Shown here piece after piece: positions 9,324 through 19,370 of a stretch of 63,559 bases of DNA (its first letter is position 1; every line of letters starts with the position of its first letter). The stretch is from a virus. Its lineage: Duplodnaviria > Caudoviricetes. The stretch spans positions 1-63,559 of IMG/VR virus record IMGVR_UViG_3300044776_000025, one strand, 5' to 3'. Both the position numbers and the translations under genes were made by a program. Under the pieces are notes generated by a model. The model worked only from the letters and a program-made list of their open reading frames with translations. It was not told the DNA's origin and did no database searches.

Positions 9324-9973
9324 TATCCAATCACTCCAATAACGAATTGTTTCAACACACTGAATGGTGCTGTACCACTCATTGGTTCAAACGCTGGAAA
9401 CCAACCCCATCCTACCTGTACGATTGAGATAATCTCATTATCCTTGTTTAGGACTGCTGATCCACTGTTTCCTGGAGCAATACTTGTCTGAATTAGCATA
9501 TATTGATATCCATCATCCATTACGGATACTGGTGAAGATACCCACCCATGAGCAAATACTATATCTTTGAATCCAAATGGATGTCCCCACACATTTGCCA
9601 CATCCCCATAAGTCGGAACCTTCTTAGCAAACTTAAGCTCTGGTAGGCTATAATCTGGAGTATATAGAATTGCCAAATCTAGCTTAAAGTCAACTTTGAA
9701 CACCTTGACTTCGTGGCGATCAATTCCAAAATATCCAGGTGCAACCGCTGTCATGTCCTGATTCGCAACACAATGTGCTGCTGTTACCCATAAATGACTC
9801 CTCTGAGAAATAGAAGTCACTGTACAAATATTCCTTAGGTAGGGCTCACCATCCTCAGTTTCAGCAACGTTTTGTAAAGTTCTAATACTCTCAGTAACTT
9901 TAGGTCTAAGGTGGGCATTTGCAGGAATGGCTGACAGTAGTACGAGAGCTACCGCCGCTAGAAACTTCTTCAT
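9323..9973 (-). CDS. trypsin-like serine protease with signal peptide
   Basis: TAAHC, DLAIL and GNSGS catalytic triad motifs; N-terminal signal peptide. Confidence 0.9.
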   Translation of the reverse strand: MKKFLAAVALVLLSAIPANAHLRPKVTESIRTLQNVAETEDGEPYLRNICTVTSISQRSHLWVTAAHCVANQDMTAVAPGYFGIDRHEVKVFKVDFKLDLAILYTPDYSLPELKFAKKVPTYGDVANVWGHPFGFKDIVFAHGWVSSPVSVMDDGYQYMLIQTSIAPGNSGSAVLNKDNEIISIVQVGWGWFPAFEPMSGTAPFSVLKQFVIGVIG

Positions 9974-10088
9974 GGCGGGGAATCCTTTGGAGTGGGGTTA
10001 AGGTTTGGGGCGGTTGACAAGAGCCCACAACTGTTCGTCAGTGTAGGCCCCCGAGATGAAATATAGTAGAGGGAATTCTGTTAACATA

Positions 10089-10862
10089 TTATAGTACGCG
10101 GGTTGGGGTGGTAGTGTTTTCGATATTCTTCAATGATCTAAACCATCCACCGCATTTCTGACATTGGAAACGGTTGTAGACGCGGGTAACTGCTCGGTGA
10201 ACACCGCGCGATTGAACCTTTAGACTGCCGCAGCGTGGGCAACCAGATTTACCAAAGAGTTGACGGTTTAAATGGTTAGCTATATAAGGTTGTAACTTCA
10301 AAAACACCCTCTCAAGTAAAGCCACGTCCTGTTTATTGTAGGCTACCATCTCACGGATAGCTGATTTGTCCCCTTGTAACACTCTAAGCCACAGACCATT
10401 AGTTGTAGGCTTCTTCCTACCAACTTCAAGCAAATGACCAAGGTAATCCAGCTTATTTGAATTGAATAGGAACCGAGTCTTAGCAACTTGGTAGGTATCA
10501 ATCATGGGGATAGGGGGAAGTGGTGAGAGCCCATGCATTAACATACGGGTTTCGACATATTTTATGTCGAATTTGTTGCCATTGTGATGCACAATTGCAT
10601 CGGCATTCATAAGAACGTCATGGAGTTTCTTACAGACGAAGAAGTCATCATGTGGATCTTCCTTATAAAGCTTAGGATCATCCAATAGTGACACCGACTC
10701 TATCTTGTTCTCATTCAACAGCTTCCAGGCAGCACAGATAATGTGACGCTCTTGGAGAATGTTCTCTGGTTGAATCCAATCCTGGTTCTGTAGTTGGAAA
10801 ACTGCAACGATATTGTGCGATGTTTCGATATCCCACAAGATAATGCGAGGAGAATCAGCCAT
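10089..10862 (-). CDS. RNase H-like (DnaQ/YprB-type) exonuclease with C-terminal zinc ribbon
   Basis: WDIET, HNGNKFD and YNKQDV exonuclease motifs; CPRC...CQKC. Confidence 0.88.
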   Translation of the reverse strand: MADSPRIILWDIETSHNIVAVFQLQNQDWIQPENILQERHIICAAWKLLNENKIESVSLLDDPKLYKEDPHDDFFVCKKLHDVLMNADAIVHHNGNKFDIKYVETRMLMHGLSPLPPIPMIDTYQVAKTRFLFNSNKLDYLGHLLEVGRKKPTTNGLWLRVLQGDKSAIREMVAYNKQDVALLERVFLKLQPYIANHLNRQLFGKSGCPRCGSLKVQSRGVHRAVTRVYNRFQCQKCGGWFRSLKNIENTTTPTRVL

Positions 10863-10890
10863 TTAGCTCCTTATTTAAGTTTGAGCCAAC

Positions 10891-10919
10891 ATTCTACCAC
10901 GTATCGCAGGGATTGTCAA
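10891..10919 (-). promoter_or_regulatory. sigma70-type promoter for the exonuclease-protease operon
   Basis: Minus strand TTGACA-N17-TAGAAT with extended -10 TG. Confidence 0.75.
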
Positions 10920-11096
10920 CTACTGCTTCTTAAGACCAGTTAGGGCCTCATCGGTGTTTAGCCGTTTCCAGGTATCCATAGATTCCTTCAGCGTCTTTAG
11001 AGGGGTTGTACCCTCCTTAGGTAGTCTAGGATCTCTCCTATACTGCTGAGGTAGCTCAATATCCTTTGGTTCTTTCTTAAATGGATTCCAAGACAT
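10920..11096 (-). CDS. small hypothetical protein
   Basis: 58-aa ORF MSWNPFKKEP..., TAATG-coupled. Confidence 0.5.
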   Translation of the reverse strand: MSWNPFKKEPKDIELPQQYRRDPRLPKEGTTPLKTLKESMDTWKRLNTDEALTGLKKQ

Positions 11097-11533
11097 TACT
11101 GTGCTCTCCCCATAGTTGACATAATTCTCTTATAAACGGCTTCCATTGGATCAGCCACCTTTTGTACGGCTGGCCGGGTGGCATTATAAGCAGCTTCACC
11201 CCCAACTGGAGCAAATTCAGCACCAGGAGCTACCGTTGCAGTGGCAGCCTTAGGAATAGCCCCTGCAAGGCCCTCAATTGCCCCAGGAACGGCTCCAGCG
11301 AGCTGTCTGGCAGCTATTGCACCCTTCGCAGCCATGCCAGTCCCAGCCAATGCTGCGAGGTTTATGGGACTAGTCTGCTGACGGAGACCTTCTAGGGCTC
11401 CAGAGCCAAAACCCTTAGCCATAGCCCAGGCGGGAGAGTCATTAAGTCCAGGTTGGGCTAGTTTATCAACGGTTTGTGATGGTGGAACTAGGGGTTTATT
11501 GACCCAATTCCATAGATCTTGTGGTCCTGGCAT
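11096..11533 (-). CDS. hypothetical (virion-associated?) protein
   Basis: Ala/Gly-rich ORF; DSPAWAMAKGFGSGA resembles the DAPWQAKLKGFAAGA segment of the large ejection protein. Confidence 0.65.
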   Translation of the reverse strand: MPGPQDLWNWVNKPLVPPSQTVDKLAQPGLNDSPAWAMAKGFGSGALEGLRQQTSPINLAALAGTGMAAKGAIAARQLAGAVPGAIEGLAGAIPKAATATVAPGAEFAPVGGEAAYNATRPAVQKVADPMEAVYKRIMSTMGRAQ

Positions 11534-11538
11534 ATATC

Positions 11539-12021
11539 CTACCTTAAAAATTCCAACGCTCTATTTATCCAACCATTCAACCACTTTAGTTGGCTTGGAT
11601 TTTTGGTGACAATTCGACCAATCATCTTAATTCGGGCGGAAACAAGACGATTGTTAATACCCGGACTATAAATTCCTTCAAGAAGGTGTAAAGTCTGTGG
11701 GCCAAGGATACCATCGACATCTGCTCCAACACATTCCTGTAATTTCATTATGGCAAGCTGCGGACCGCTATTGACCCCAAAGTCCACAAGCTGGGCCTGG
11801 AGTAATGGATCGGCAATCTTGTCAAAACCAGGACCTTTTACATACTTCCTGGTGTAAATTTCTCTAGCTTCTGCTTCGGTAACATGACCATCGGCCCAAG
11901 CCTCTGGATTACTAGTCTCGCTTATACCAAATTTCGTGCGACCACCATGATCATTTGGATCATTCGATGAATCGCCTTCACGTCTGATGATATCATCAAG
12001 TATTGTTTCGATTGACGGCAT
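11539..12021 (-). CDS. glycoside hydrolase family 108 endolysin with peptidoglycan-binding C-terminus
   Basis: REG...DPNDHGGRTKFGI, DFGVNSG, DGILGPQT and GWINR motifs. Confidence 0.92.
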   Translation of the reverse strand: MPSIETILDDIIRREGDSSNDPNDHGGRTKFGISETSNPEAWADGHVTEAEAREIYTRKYVKGPGFDKIADPLLQAQLVDFGVNSGPQLAIMKLQECVGADVDGILGPQTLHLLEGIYSPGINNRLVSARIKMIGRIVTKNPSQLKWLNGWINRALEFLR

Positions 12022-12030
12022 GGTTAGTCC

Positions 12031-15000
12031 TTATCGTCTGCGCAGTCGTGGTAATCGTTTGGCCGTTGTAACAGCGGGATTTGCTGCATCATACAACTCT
12101 TTGGCAATGGCTGGATAGCTACCGCGTGGTAGTGTAATATCACTAGCAGCGCCTTCACCACTGAGAAAGTTCAACAGTTCCATCCCAGTTTTACCAATAT
12201 CTTGTAATGGTTGAGTAGTTGGTAGAGGTAAGGCATCTAGGGCTGCATTAACAGTGCTAGGTGATAGAGGAGATTTACCTCTCTGAACAGACTGCCCTGC
12301 TGCGAATCCAATACTAGCTGGTAGGCTATACTGACCTGCAGCATTAGATACATAGCGACGTGCAATCTTGGCAGTTTCTGGGTCTAGATTAGCTCCAAGG
12401 ACACCACTACCTACTCCAACTCCAGTGGATATAAGTTGTTGGATTATCTGCTGTCGAATTGGATCAGGATTCTCACGCTGAGCCTGTATTAGGAATCCAA
12501 TTCCAGGCATCCTCTGCAATCCCTGTTCTCCGATATTGCTTGGAGTTCTGGTGAAGGGCGCTAGCATCTGAAGTAGTGGGCTACCCTTTGTAAGATTAGC
12601 TAGTTTTTTGAAACCTGTAAGCTCAGGCTCACTAGTCAATGTGATGCGACGAGCTTCCTCTGAAGAGAACCCTGCTTGTTCAAGTAAACGCCTAGTTGCT
12701 ACGTCCCCTGCGGTCATTGCTACACCGGGAGCAGCGAGTAACTTTTCACCTTTGCTTGCAGCTTCATCATAGGCAACGCCTTCAGCACGACCAATAAGCT
12801 GCCGCGCTTCTTCGAATGATGTTCTATACTCACGGAACCAGTTATCAGGTCTTAGAAGCTTCATTGCCTCTGCACCGCGTGGATCACCTGATAGGATATG
12901 TTCTACTGCACCCATCACTCCAGAACCATAAGGACCAGCCAGAGCGTTTGCGGGCAAACCTACACCACTGGTAAGATAGTTGAATCGTTGTAGCTGTGGT
13001 AGAGTTTGTACAATCTTTTCTGCCGCCTCACGGATACCACCAGGAGCCTGAATTCTCTCAGCGAGATTATGTAAAGCCTCTGGAGCTGCACCTAGACTAT
13101 GGAGAATTTGTGGCATGGAGGCAATACCAATACCAGCCACTCCACCAGCTACAGCACTTTCAAGACGATTGTCAAATGGGTCAACGGCTGCGCCAACTGC
13201 TGCACCACCAAGCCCTAGACCTAGTTTTGCAAGCAAAGTAGGGTCAATTTCACCCTTATTACCTTTTAACTTCTCAAACAGTGCTTCATGTTTCTTGCCA
13301 ACTTTTGGAGGTGTAGCACCTTCGGGAAGTGGAGGTGATTGATTAGCCTTCCGCTTGGCTAGAGCTGCTTCACGAGCCTTAGCAGTTTGGGATAATCCAC
13401 CTGTTGATGATGGTTCAGGTGGTAGAGTTGCTACTCCACCTTTGCCAGGAATTGTTGGTTCAATTGGTGGAGCTACTGGACCCTCAATGGGAGCACCCTT
13501 CCAAGATTCACGCATCTTGCCAGGAGTGAAGAAATCCCTAATCTCTGCCATCTGAGCCTCAGCAGAGCCAGGACCACTTTTAGCCAGAGTTCCAGCATCC
13601 CGCTTCGCAGCGAGATCATCTAGAACTGCATTAACTTCATCTGGATACTTAGCCCTAGCTGCTACAACTTTATCAGCAATTGTAGTAGGGTTTACATTGG
13701 TAGTCTGTAGTTTTGTAAGTTCATCGGGTGTAATTGGACCCTTTGGTGCTCCTAATGCCCCAGGATTTCGCATCCAGCGTTCTAGACTAGTTTCTCGTGG
13801 GATTGTAGGAGCTACTGACCCTTCCATTGCTTTTGCGACTTCAGTTGGCTCTACTGGTGGAGCAACAGGAGGAACTTCTGGCCCAACCTGAGGAGCAGTC
13901 TCACCCTTCAACTTAGCTTCTAGAGCAGCATAGGATTCTTGACGTGCCTGCTGATTTGGGGTCAGGACTTTTTCTAGAGGAGTATTTGGAGTCTTTGGTG
14001 GAGCTGGTGCACCTTTGTCTGCAATAGCCTTTAGACTGATTGCAGAAGTTGATGGTTCCCTATCTGCCAATATATTATCATTAACCGTACGCCGAAGTTC
14101 GGCCACTGGAGACTCTATACCATGGACAATAGGAGATTCAGGCACCGGAAGATATGTCTGTAGTGCCTCCATCTCATCTGCATTTCTAATAGCCTCAGTA
14201 GGACTCAATTTAATGCCGCGCGTATTTGTGGGCATAGGAGACACAACTGGAGGTGTAGATGGTGGAACTGATGGGGCGGCAGTGCCATATGGCGGTGACC
14301 AGTCATCAGGAATCTTAATAGGTTCCCTACGAACAATCTTACCTTTTGAAGGCACACCAAGGACACGGCCTAATTCGCCGCCAATTTCTTCACCCTCTTC
14401 CTCTGGGGCCTTATAACCAATCGACATACTTTCTCTAGCCCCACCCTCACCTGGAGCGGAGACGGAGGTTCTAAAGGTTGGTGGCTGTGGTTCAACACCC
14501 GCAGCCGCCCGTTCCCCTTCAATCCTAGCAAGCTTATCAGCCTCAAGCTTATTCTTAGCTGCCCATTTCTCAACAGCAGCAAGATTCTTCTGATCGCGTA
14601 TCTCTTCACGAGTTGTAGCAATTAGATCACGCTGGGCAGATTTCGCAGCCGGACCACCAGCATACTCATAACTGTATGGAATTTCTGAGCTTTGCCGTCT
14701 ACGACCCATGAACTGCTGAAACTGATCTAGACTTGTTGGCTCTTGAGTAGTAAGAGGCTCAGTTGCTGTAGATTTAATCTTCGGTTGTCGGATTCGTTCC
14801 TTACGGCTGGTTGGTTCAACAACATATTCCGTCGATGGTGCCGCTGGACGCTTACCAAGGATCTTGGCCAAACCACCTGTAATTGCTCCACCAATTCCAG
14901 CGCTAGTCGCAACTGCACTAGGGCTTATATCCTCACCCCTTGCAAACTCCCTACCAGCCTCACCAACACCAGAGTATAAGGCACCTCTAGCTGCCGAAGC

Positions 15001-15396
15001 GATTGGCCGACCTTCCTTCAGCACTGAACCAAATGGAACAGCACCAATTCCAGCCTCTGTTGCAATCCTACCAATTGGAGTCATTGCACCAGCAGCAAAC
15101 CCCTTCAGCTTAGCTTGCCAAGGAGCATCATTGGTATCAACATCAAAAATCGACTGCACTTTTCCTAATGTTGAATTAGGATCAAGCTGAGTTGGCTTGA
15201 AAGCTGAGCCTTCAGCAATCTCCGCAGCGGCTTCACCAGCACCAGATACTAGTGCTCCATATACCCCACCTGGAGCGGAGGCAACGCCTGAGATTGCACG
15301 AATTCCGCTACCAATCACTCCTGGAAGCTTACCAATCCGATCCCATAGAGATGGTTCTGGTGGTAGATCTGGGAGATTCAGTCGTCTAATCGGCAT
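12031..15396 (-). CDS. large internal virion (DNA ejection) protein
   Basis: 1121 aa, Ala/Gly/Pro-rich, located after the tail genes as in podoviruses. Confidence 0.6.
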   Translation of the reverse strand: MPIRRLNLPDLPPEPSLWDRIGKLPGVIGSGIRAISGVASAPGGVYGALVSGAGEAAAEIAEGSAFKPTQLDPNSTLGKVQSIFDVDTNDAPWQAKLKGFAAGAMTPIGRIATEAGIGAVPFGSVLKEGRPIASAARGALYSGVGEAGREFARGEDISPSAVATSAGIGGAITGGLAKILGKRPAAPSTEYVVEPTSRKERIRQPKIKSTATEPLTTQEPTSLDQFQQFMGRRRQSSEIPYSYEYAGGPAAKSAQRDLIATTREEIRDQKNLAAVEKWAAKNKLEADKLARIEGERAAAGVEPQPPTFRTSVSAPGEGGARESMSIGYKAPEEEGEEIGGELGRVLGVPSKGKIVRREPIKIPDDWSPPYGTAAPSVPPSTPPVVSPMPTNTRGIKLSPTEAIRNADEMEALQTYLPVPESPIVHGIESPVAELRRTVNDNILADREPSTSAISLKAIADKGAPAPPKTPNTPLEKVLTPNQQARQESYAALEAKLKGETAPQVGPEVPPVAPPVEPTEVAKAMEGSVAPTIPRETSLERWMRNPGALGAPKGPITPDELTKLQTTNVNPTTIADKVVAARAKYPDEVNAVLDDLAAKRDAGTLAKSGPGSAEAQMAEIRDFFTPGKMRESWKGAPIEGPVAPPIEPTIPGKGGVATLPPEPSSTGGLSQTAKAREAALAKRKANQSPPLPEGATPPKVGKKHEALFEKLKGNKGEIDPTLLAKLGLGLGGAAVGAAVDPFDNRLESAVAGGVAGIGIASMPQILHSLGAAPEALHNLAERIQAPGGIREAAEKIVQTLPQLQRFNYLTSGVGLPANALAGPYGSGVMGAVEHILSGDPRGAEAMKLLRPDNWFREYRTSFEEARQLIGRAEGVAYDEAASKGEKLLAAPGVAMTAGDVATRRLLEQAGFSSEEARRITLTSEPELTGFKKLANLTKGSPLLQMLAPFTRTPSNIGEQGLQRMPGIGFLIQAQRENPDPIRQQIIQQLISTGVGVGSGVLGANLDPETAKIARRYVSNAAGQYSLPASIGFAAGQSVQRGKSPLSPSTVNAALDALPLPTTQPLQDIGKTGMELLNFLSGEGAASDITLPRGSYPAIAKELYDAANPAVTTAKRLPRLRRR

Positions 15397-16292
15397 TAAA
15401 ATCCACCAATGAGAGTATAGAAGTTACTCAATTCCTGCTGTTCCTGTGGTGACATCTGAGACATGTCAAAGGCTTCTTCTAGCCGTTTACCTTTGTATCT
15501 AGGATCAACTAGAGCTGTAAGGACTTCCTGTTTATCTTCTGGAGATAAATTGAACCTTGCTAGAGCGGACTCTGCTGCTGATCTCAATTGGGCCTCAGCA
15601 ATTGTAGCTGCGTTTCCACCACCGAATGCACCAGATCTCGCCTTTGCAAGGTTCTGTTTAGCAATGGTTACATCCTGATCGACGCCTGCTGGCCTCTGCT
15701 GAGGGGCTCTGAAGCCCATAGCACCTGATTGTGGATTAAAGCTACTTAGATTACTCATTCCTCCACCCTGAATAAGGTCGGAGAATGCTTGATTTCTGGC
15801 TGCGATGCCAGATTGGTTAATATTAGCAACATTCGCAGCACCTCTTGATGCTTCCTCCTGCTGCTGAACATCAAACTGTCCTGCAATCCTTGCAGCCTCA
15901 ACAGGAGCATTAATCTTAGACTCGGCCTGCTTGCGGGTGTATTCATTTGCTTCAGCTACAGGGTCAGTTCCCCTGAATCCTGCTGAAACAGCAGACTGAT
16001 ACTGATTCTCATTCTCTGCACCCTGTGCCATAGCAGCTTGACCAGTGTAGGGATCTTCAGCAATGTCCTTGTTAAGCAATCCTAGAACTGCCTGATTAGG
16101 ATTAGACTGTCCCTGTTCACGACTCACTGCTTCCTGGCGTAGTCTGTATAATTTAATGGCCTCATTCGCAGTGCCAGGACCACTCTGAAGGGTGCCAGCC
16201 GCTTCAGCAGCGTTTGGGATACCAGGAGCAGCGCTAGGACCTTGATATGCCGTTGTTAAACCGCGTAAAGGGCTACGAAAATTCTGTGGCAT
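15396..16292 (-). CDS. putative internal virion protein
   Basis: Gln/Ala-rich helical ORF in the ejection-protein position. Confidence 0.55.
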   Translation of the reverse strand: MPQNFRSPLRGLTTAYQGPSAAPGIPNAAEAAGTLQSGPGTANEAIKLYRLRQEAVSREQGQSNPNQAVLGLLNKDIAEDPYTGQAAMAQGAENENQYQSAVSAGFRGTDPVAEANEYTRKQAESKINAPVEAARIAGQFDVQQQEEASRGAANVANINQSGIAARNQAFSDLIQGGGMSNLSSFNPQSGAMGFRAPQQRPAGVDQDVTIAKQNLAKARSGAFGGGNAATIAEAQLRSAAESALARFNLSPEDKQEVLTALVDPRYKGKRLEEAFDMSQMSPQEQQELSNFYTLIGGF

Positions 16293-16657
16293 TAACCAAC
16301 TCCTGGATACTTCTGTTTGTAGTAGTTATCTGCTTCAATGTCCTGAGCACCCTTAATCATTCTAGGCTTGAATGCTTGTTGAAGACCAGCCAAAGGTGTT
16401 TGAGACTGTGGAGTAGCTGATTGTGGTGTAGCAGACATAAGCTGCCCAGTCTGCAAAGGTTGCATAGATTCCCCACGAATTTGATTACTACCCGCAGCAC
16501 TAGGCCCACCACGAACCTTGTCCGCTCCTGATAAGACATCTAAATATGGTCCCCATGTCTGTTCAATTGCAGGAATCTTACGATCCGCTACCTGTGATTG
16601 ATACATAAGAGCAGGCCACATTCCAAGTCCCTGCATAGCTTGATTATCGAATGGCAT
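16292..16657 (-). CDS. hypothetical virion protein
   Basis: TAATG-coupled ORF. Confidence 0.6.
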   Translation of the reverse strand: MPFDNQAMQGLGMWPALMYQSQVADRKIPAIEQTWGPYLDVLSGADKVRGGPSAAGSNQIRGESMQPLQTGQLMSATPQSATPQSQTPLAGLQQAFKPRMIKGAQDIEADNYYKQKYPGVG

Positions 16658-16821
16658 TACTTGTGGTCCTTCAGAAGCTGTTCAATAGTGTTGAGTTTAT
16701 CTTCAATTGGATTGGTTTTACGAGCTGACTTTGATTTACTAATGGATCTAATTGCATCAGCAGCTTCATGCCAGTTCTTGGGATTGGGGGACCTGCCATA
16801 CTCATATGGTTTCTGTTTCAT
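16657..16821 (-). CDS. small hypothetical protein
   Basis: 54-aa ORF MKQKPYEYGR..., TAATG-coupled. Confidence 0.5.
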   Translation of the reverse strand: MKQKPYEYGRSPNPKNWHEAADAIRSISKSKSARKTNPIEDKLNTIEQLLKDHK

Positions 16822-16900
16822 TAGATGACCTGATAGCTGAAGATGAAATACATCGCTCGGTTAGCCGTGTCTACTGCAATCCATTCCATCTGCGCCCGGT
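16821..16900 (-). pseudogene. orphan C-terminal remnant of a tail-fibre-like gene
   Basis: Frame reads HRAQMEWIAVDTANRAMYFIFSYQVI* with TAATG coupling but no plausible upstream start for a full-length gene; ends like the 17238 fibre (ISYQV*). Confidence 0.45.
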
Positions 16901-16981
16901 GCTTTGGGTTGCACGGGAGAACCGAATCCGCCTGTGTAGATGGTTGGCATAGATATTGCTCGCTAGTCTATTATAGCCCGA

Positions 16982-17236
16982 TTACGGTTCCAAAGACCTT
17001 TGGGCCGCGCGTTTACGCTCAAAATCAGCAATTACCTCAGGCGTCCACACAACGGCACAAATATCCCGTATCTTGAGCGGGAACAACTGGACATCCTGTC
17101 CCGGTTCAAGAACTTGACGATGATGTTTTTCTCCAACGACGTCCGTGCCGTCGAGAATGACACGAGTTTTGCGGAGTTCGATTTGCCCATCATCCAACAC
17201 GCCAACGAAAAACTTGGTTTGTTCTGTTAAGGCCAT
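16982..17236 (-). CDS. tail-fibre-associated (chaperone-like) protein
   Basis: MALTE...GQIELRK...HRQVLEPG...ICAVVWTPEVI family, commonly found after fibre genes. Confidence 0.7.
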   Translation of the reverse strand: MALTEQTKFFVGVLDDGQIELRKTRVILDGTDVVGEKHHRQVLEPGQDVQLFPLKIRDICAVVWTPEVIADFERKRAAQRSLEP

Positions 17237-17237
17237 A

Positions 17238-17852
17238 TTATACTTGGTAAGAAATCGCTCCCACGAGCAACGTCGTGTTGCTCAGGTCTGCCTGGACAAG
17301 AGCTGTGGCATTCGTGGTCGCTGCGGCAGTGGCGCCGCGAATATCTACGACGGTTGTGCTGGTGGAGGTTTGCCCAATGACACTCACCCACGTGGTGGTG
17401 AGGGCAACATACTCAATTAAATTAATAGCCCCTACCGAGGCATTCACTGTAAATGGAAGGCCCTTCACCTGAACATTTCCAGTAATCGTGCCTAATGTGG
17501 ACAACGTCACCACAAACCAGACAGTGACTTGTGATCCTATTTTGACATACAACCCGGTTTGGGTGGTGTAGGCTTGCCCCGATTGTCCACCGCTTCCCCC
17601 AATAGTCGGGGTCCAGCTACCCTCTTCATAATCATCGAGCGTATTGGCATTGGCCGATGCCACCTGCGTGGCGGGGAATTTGATTTGCCCTGGAATGGCC
17701 AGCGTCGTTCCATCGTAGGTAAACGCCGAACTCCCCTCAAGCGTATTGACATCCGTAAAGACGGCAATCTGGTCGTTTGCGGGCGTACCCGTAGTATCCA
17801 CATCGCCCACAATTTTGAGGCGCCCTTGTGTGTCGATAACAGAGAAGGCCAT
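17238..17852 (-). CDS. tail fibre / receptor-binding protein
   Basis: ANTLDDYEEGSWTPT...YVKIG...GLPFT fibre motif; true start MAFSVIDT at 17852. Confidence 0.8.
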   Translation of the reverse strand: MAFSVIDTQGRLKIVGDVDTTGTPANDQIAVFTDVNTLEGSSAFTYDGTTLAIPGQIKFPATQVASANANTLDDYEEGSWTPTIGGSGGQSGQAYTTQTGLYVKIGSQVTVWFVVTLSTLGTITGNVQVKGLPFTVNASVGAINLIEYVALTTTWVSVIGQTSTSTTVVDIRGATAAATTNATALVQADLSNTTLLVGAISYQV

Positions 17853-18556
17853 TACGTCTTTTTCATCGCAACCAAGAAGGACCCCGCCTGCACCGTCGTG
17901 GTCGTGCCATTGCTGGTATTCTGTGCAAACTGCCAGTGGACCGTCCCACCCGAGCCGCCCACAACAAACGAGGCATAAATCTTCGCAATAGCCACGACCG
18001 CCGCACCGAGCCCGCCCGCATTGACCGCCGAGCCAATGGTCGTTCCATTGAAGTGAAGGGTGTTCGGTGTCGTGGTATTGGCGGTTGGATTGCGGAGTCC
18101 ACCATGAATACCCGACCCACTCGGCAGCGTCCAGCCCCACTGGATATCGCCCGTGGTGCCCGCATCGTAGATGAGCCACATATCAACCACCCACGTCTCA
18201 CCGGCCCCCACCGTAAAGAACAGCTCTGAATCATCACTGAGCGCCGCATCAGTTGTGGCGGTATCGGCCGAAGCTTTCACCACTACAATCGTAGATGCCG
18301 AACTCGCGGCCTGGAACGTGGGCAAAGCCCCAGCACCGTTACTCGTGAGTACTTCGCCAGCCGAGCCGACACCAGCAATTGACTGCTGAGCATCTGTGGT
18401 TGTTGTCCCTCCGCAGATAACCGCATAGGCCGTATCAGAGGTGCGCCCAGTCCCGCCATGAGACACCGTGAGTGTGCCCGTCGCTGTGGCGAGATCCACA
18501 GAGGGCGTACTCCCCTCCTTGATCGCGCCTGCGGTGGTTAGAACCTTGAAGCCCAT
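17852..18556 (-). CDS. tail fibre protein
   Basis: GTLTVSHGGTG and VLTSNGAGALPTF fibre repeats. Confidence 0.75.
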   Translation of the reverse strand: MGFKVLTTAGAIKEGSTPSVDLATATGTLTVSHGGTGRTSDTAYAVICGGTTTTDAQQSIAGVGSAGEVLTSNGAGALPTFQAASSASTIVVVKASADTATTDAALSDDSELFFTVGAGETWVVDMWLIYDAGTTGDIQWGWTLPSGSGIHGGLRNPTANTTTPNTLHFNGTTIGSAVNAGGLGAAVVAIAKIYASFVVGGSGGTVHWQFAQNTSNGTTTTVQAGSFLVAMKKT

Positions 18557-18903
18557 TAGTCCTCTGACGAGTAGATGAGCGTTTCGCCGGTGGCCAGCGT
18601 CACCTTCGTGATGATATAGAACGTGCCGTTATCATTCTTCCGCACGGTCACATCGGCCGAGACGGTATCATTGTTGTAGACGGAGATGGTTTTCACCACT
18701 CGCGTATGGCTGGCGGCTGGAGCCGCCATGATCGTCACAGCCGTCGTACCATTCGTGACAATATCTGTATTGACGACATCCGACACGGACTGGTCTGTGT
18801 CCAGCAAATCCGTCGCATGGCAGGTCACATCGAGTTGGTTGGTGGTAATGGCCCCCGCCAGCTTGACTTCGAGAGACTTGGTGGTGGAGTCGAGAATAAT
18901 CAT
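18556..18903 (-). CDS. virion structural protein (beta-rich)
   Basis: Start MIILDSTT at 18903, TAATG-coupled; AAPAASHTRVVKTISVYN pattern. Confidence 0.65.
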   Translation of the reverse strand: MIILDSTTKSLEVKLAGAITTNQLDVTCHATDLLDTDQSVSDVVNTDIVTNGTTAVTIMAAPAASHTRVVKTISVYNNDTVSADVTVRKNDNGTFYIITKVTLATGETLIYSSED

Positions 18904-19370
18904 TAGATACCCAGTACTACGCGGGTCATAATTTGCGCCTGCGTTTGTCCGGCCGAGCCCCATGTGGGGGCTCCGGCGCCTCCCGAGAGTAAGGCCTGCC
19001 CGGTCGTCCCCGCCACCGACACCGTAATAGCGGTACCCGTCCCGTAGGCCACCCCGCCCGCTGTGGGTGTTCCGGTGTTGTTCGTACCCCCATTGGCGGT
19101 GGGCAGGGTACCCGTAACATCGGTCGTGAGGCCCACTTTATCCCACTCAGGCACCACGCCATCCGTACGCAGCACCGTGTTCGCCGCCCCAATCGGCAAC
19201 CGCACCACCCGTTCATCATCGCGATACATCGTATCGCCCTCGGTGGTGGTGGGGAAAATGGCATCGTTCCCGATATCGTCGAAGAGGAGCTGGAACATCT
19301 CATCGATGCTCTCAAACTGTTCTGGCGTTAGCGGCCAGGATAAACGATAAGGTTGAGGTCTTGGTGCCAT
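18903..19370 (-). CDS. tail fibre proximal/adaptor protein
   Basis: VTGTLPTANGGT and GQALLSGGAGAPTW fibre repeats. Confidence 0.7.
   Translation of the reverse strand: MAPRPQPYRLSWPLTPEQFESIDEMFQLLFDDIGNDAIFPTTTEGDTMYRDDERVVRLPIGAANTVLRTDGVVPEWDKVGLTTDVTGTLPTANGGTNNTGTPTAGGVAYGTGTAITVSVAGTTGQALLSGGAGAPTWGSAGQTQAQIMTRVVLGI

Noticed and set aside
17853-18179. N-terminal extension of the 17238-18179 ORF
   Set aside because: It overlaps the upstream fibre gene in another frame; the TAATG-coupled start at 17852 fits the operon pattern, and no slippery site was evident.
16982-19370. Diversity-generating retroelement or invertible tail-fibre switch
   Set aside because: No reverse transcriptase, recombinase or adenine-variant template/variable repeat pair was found.
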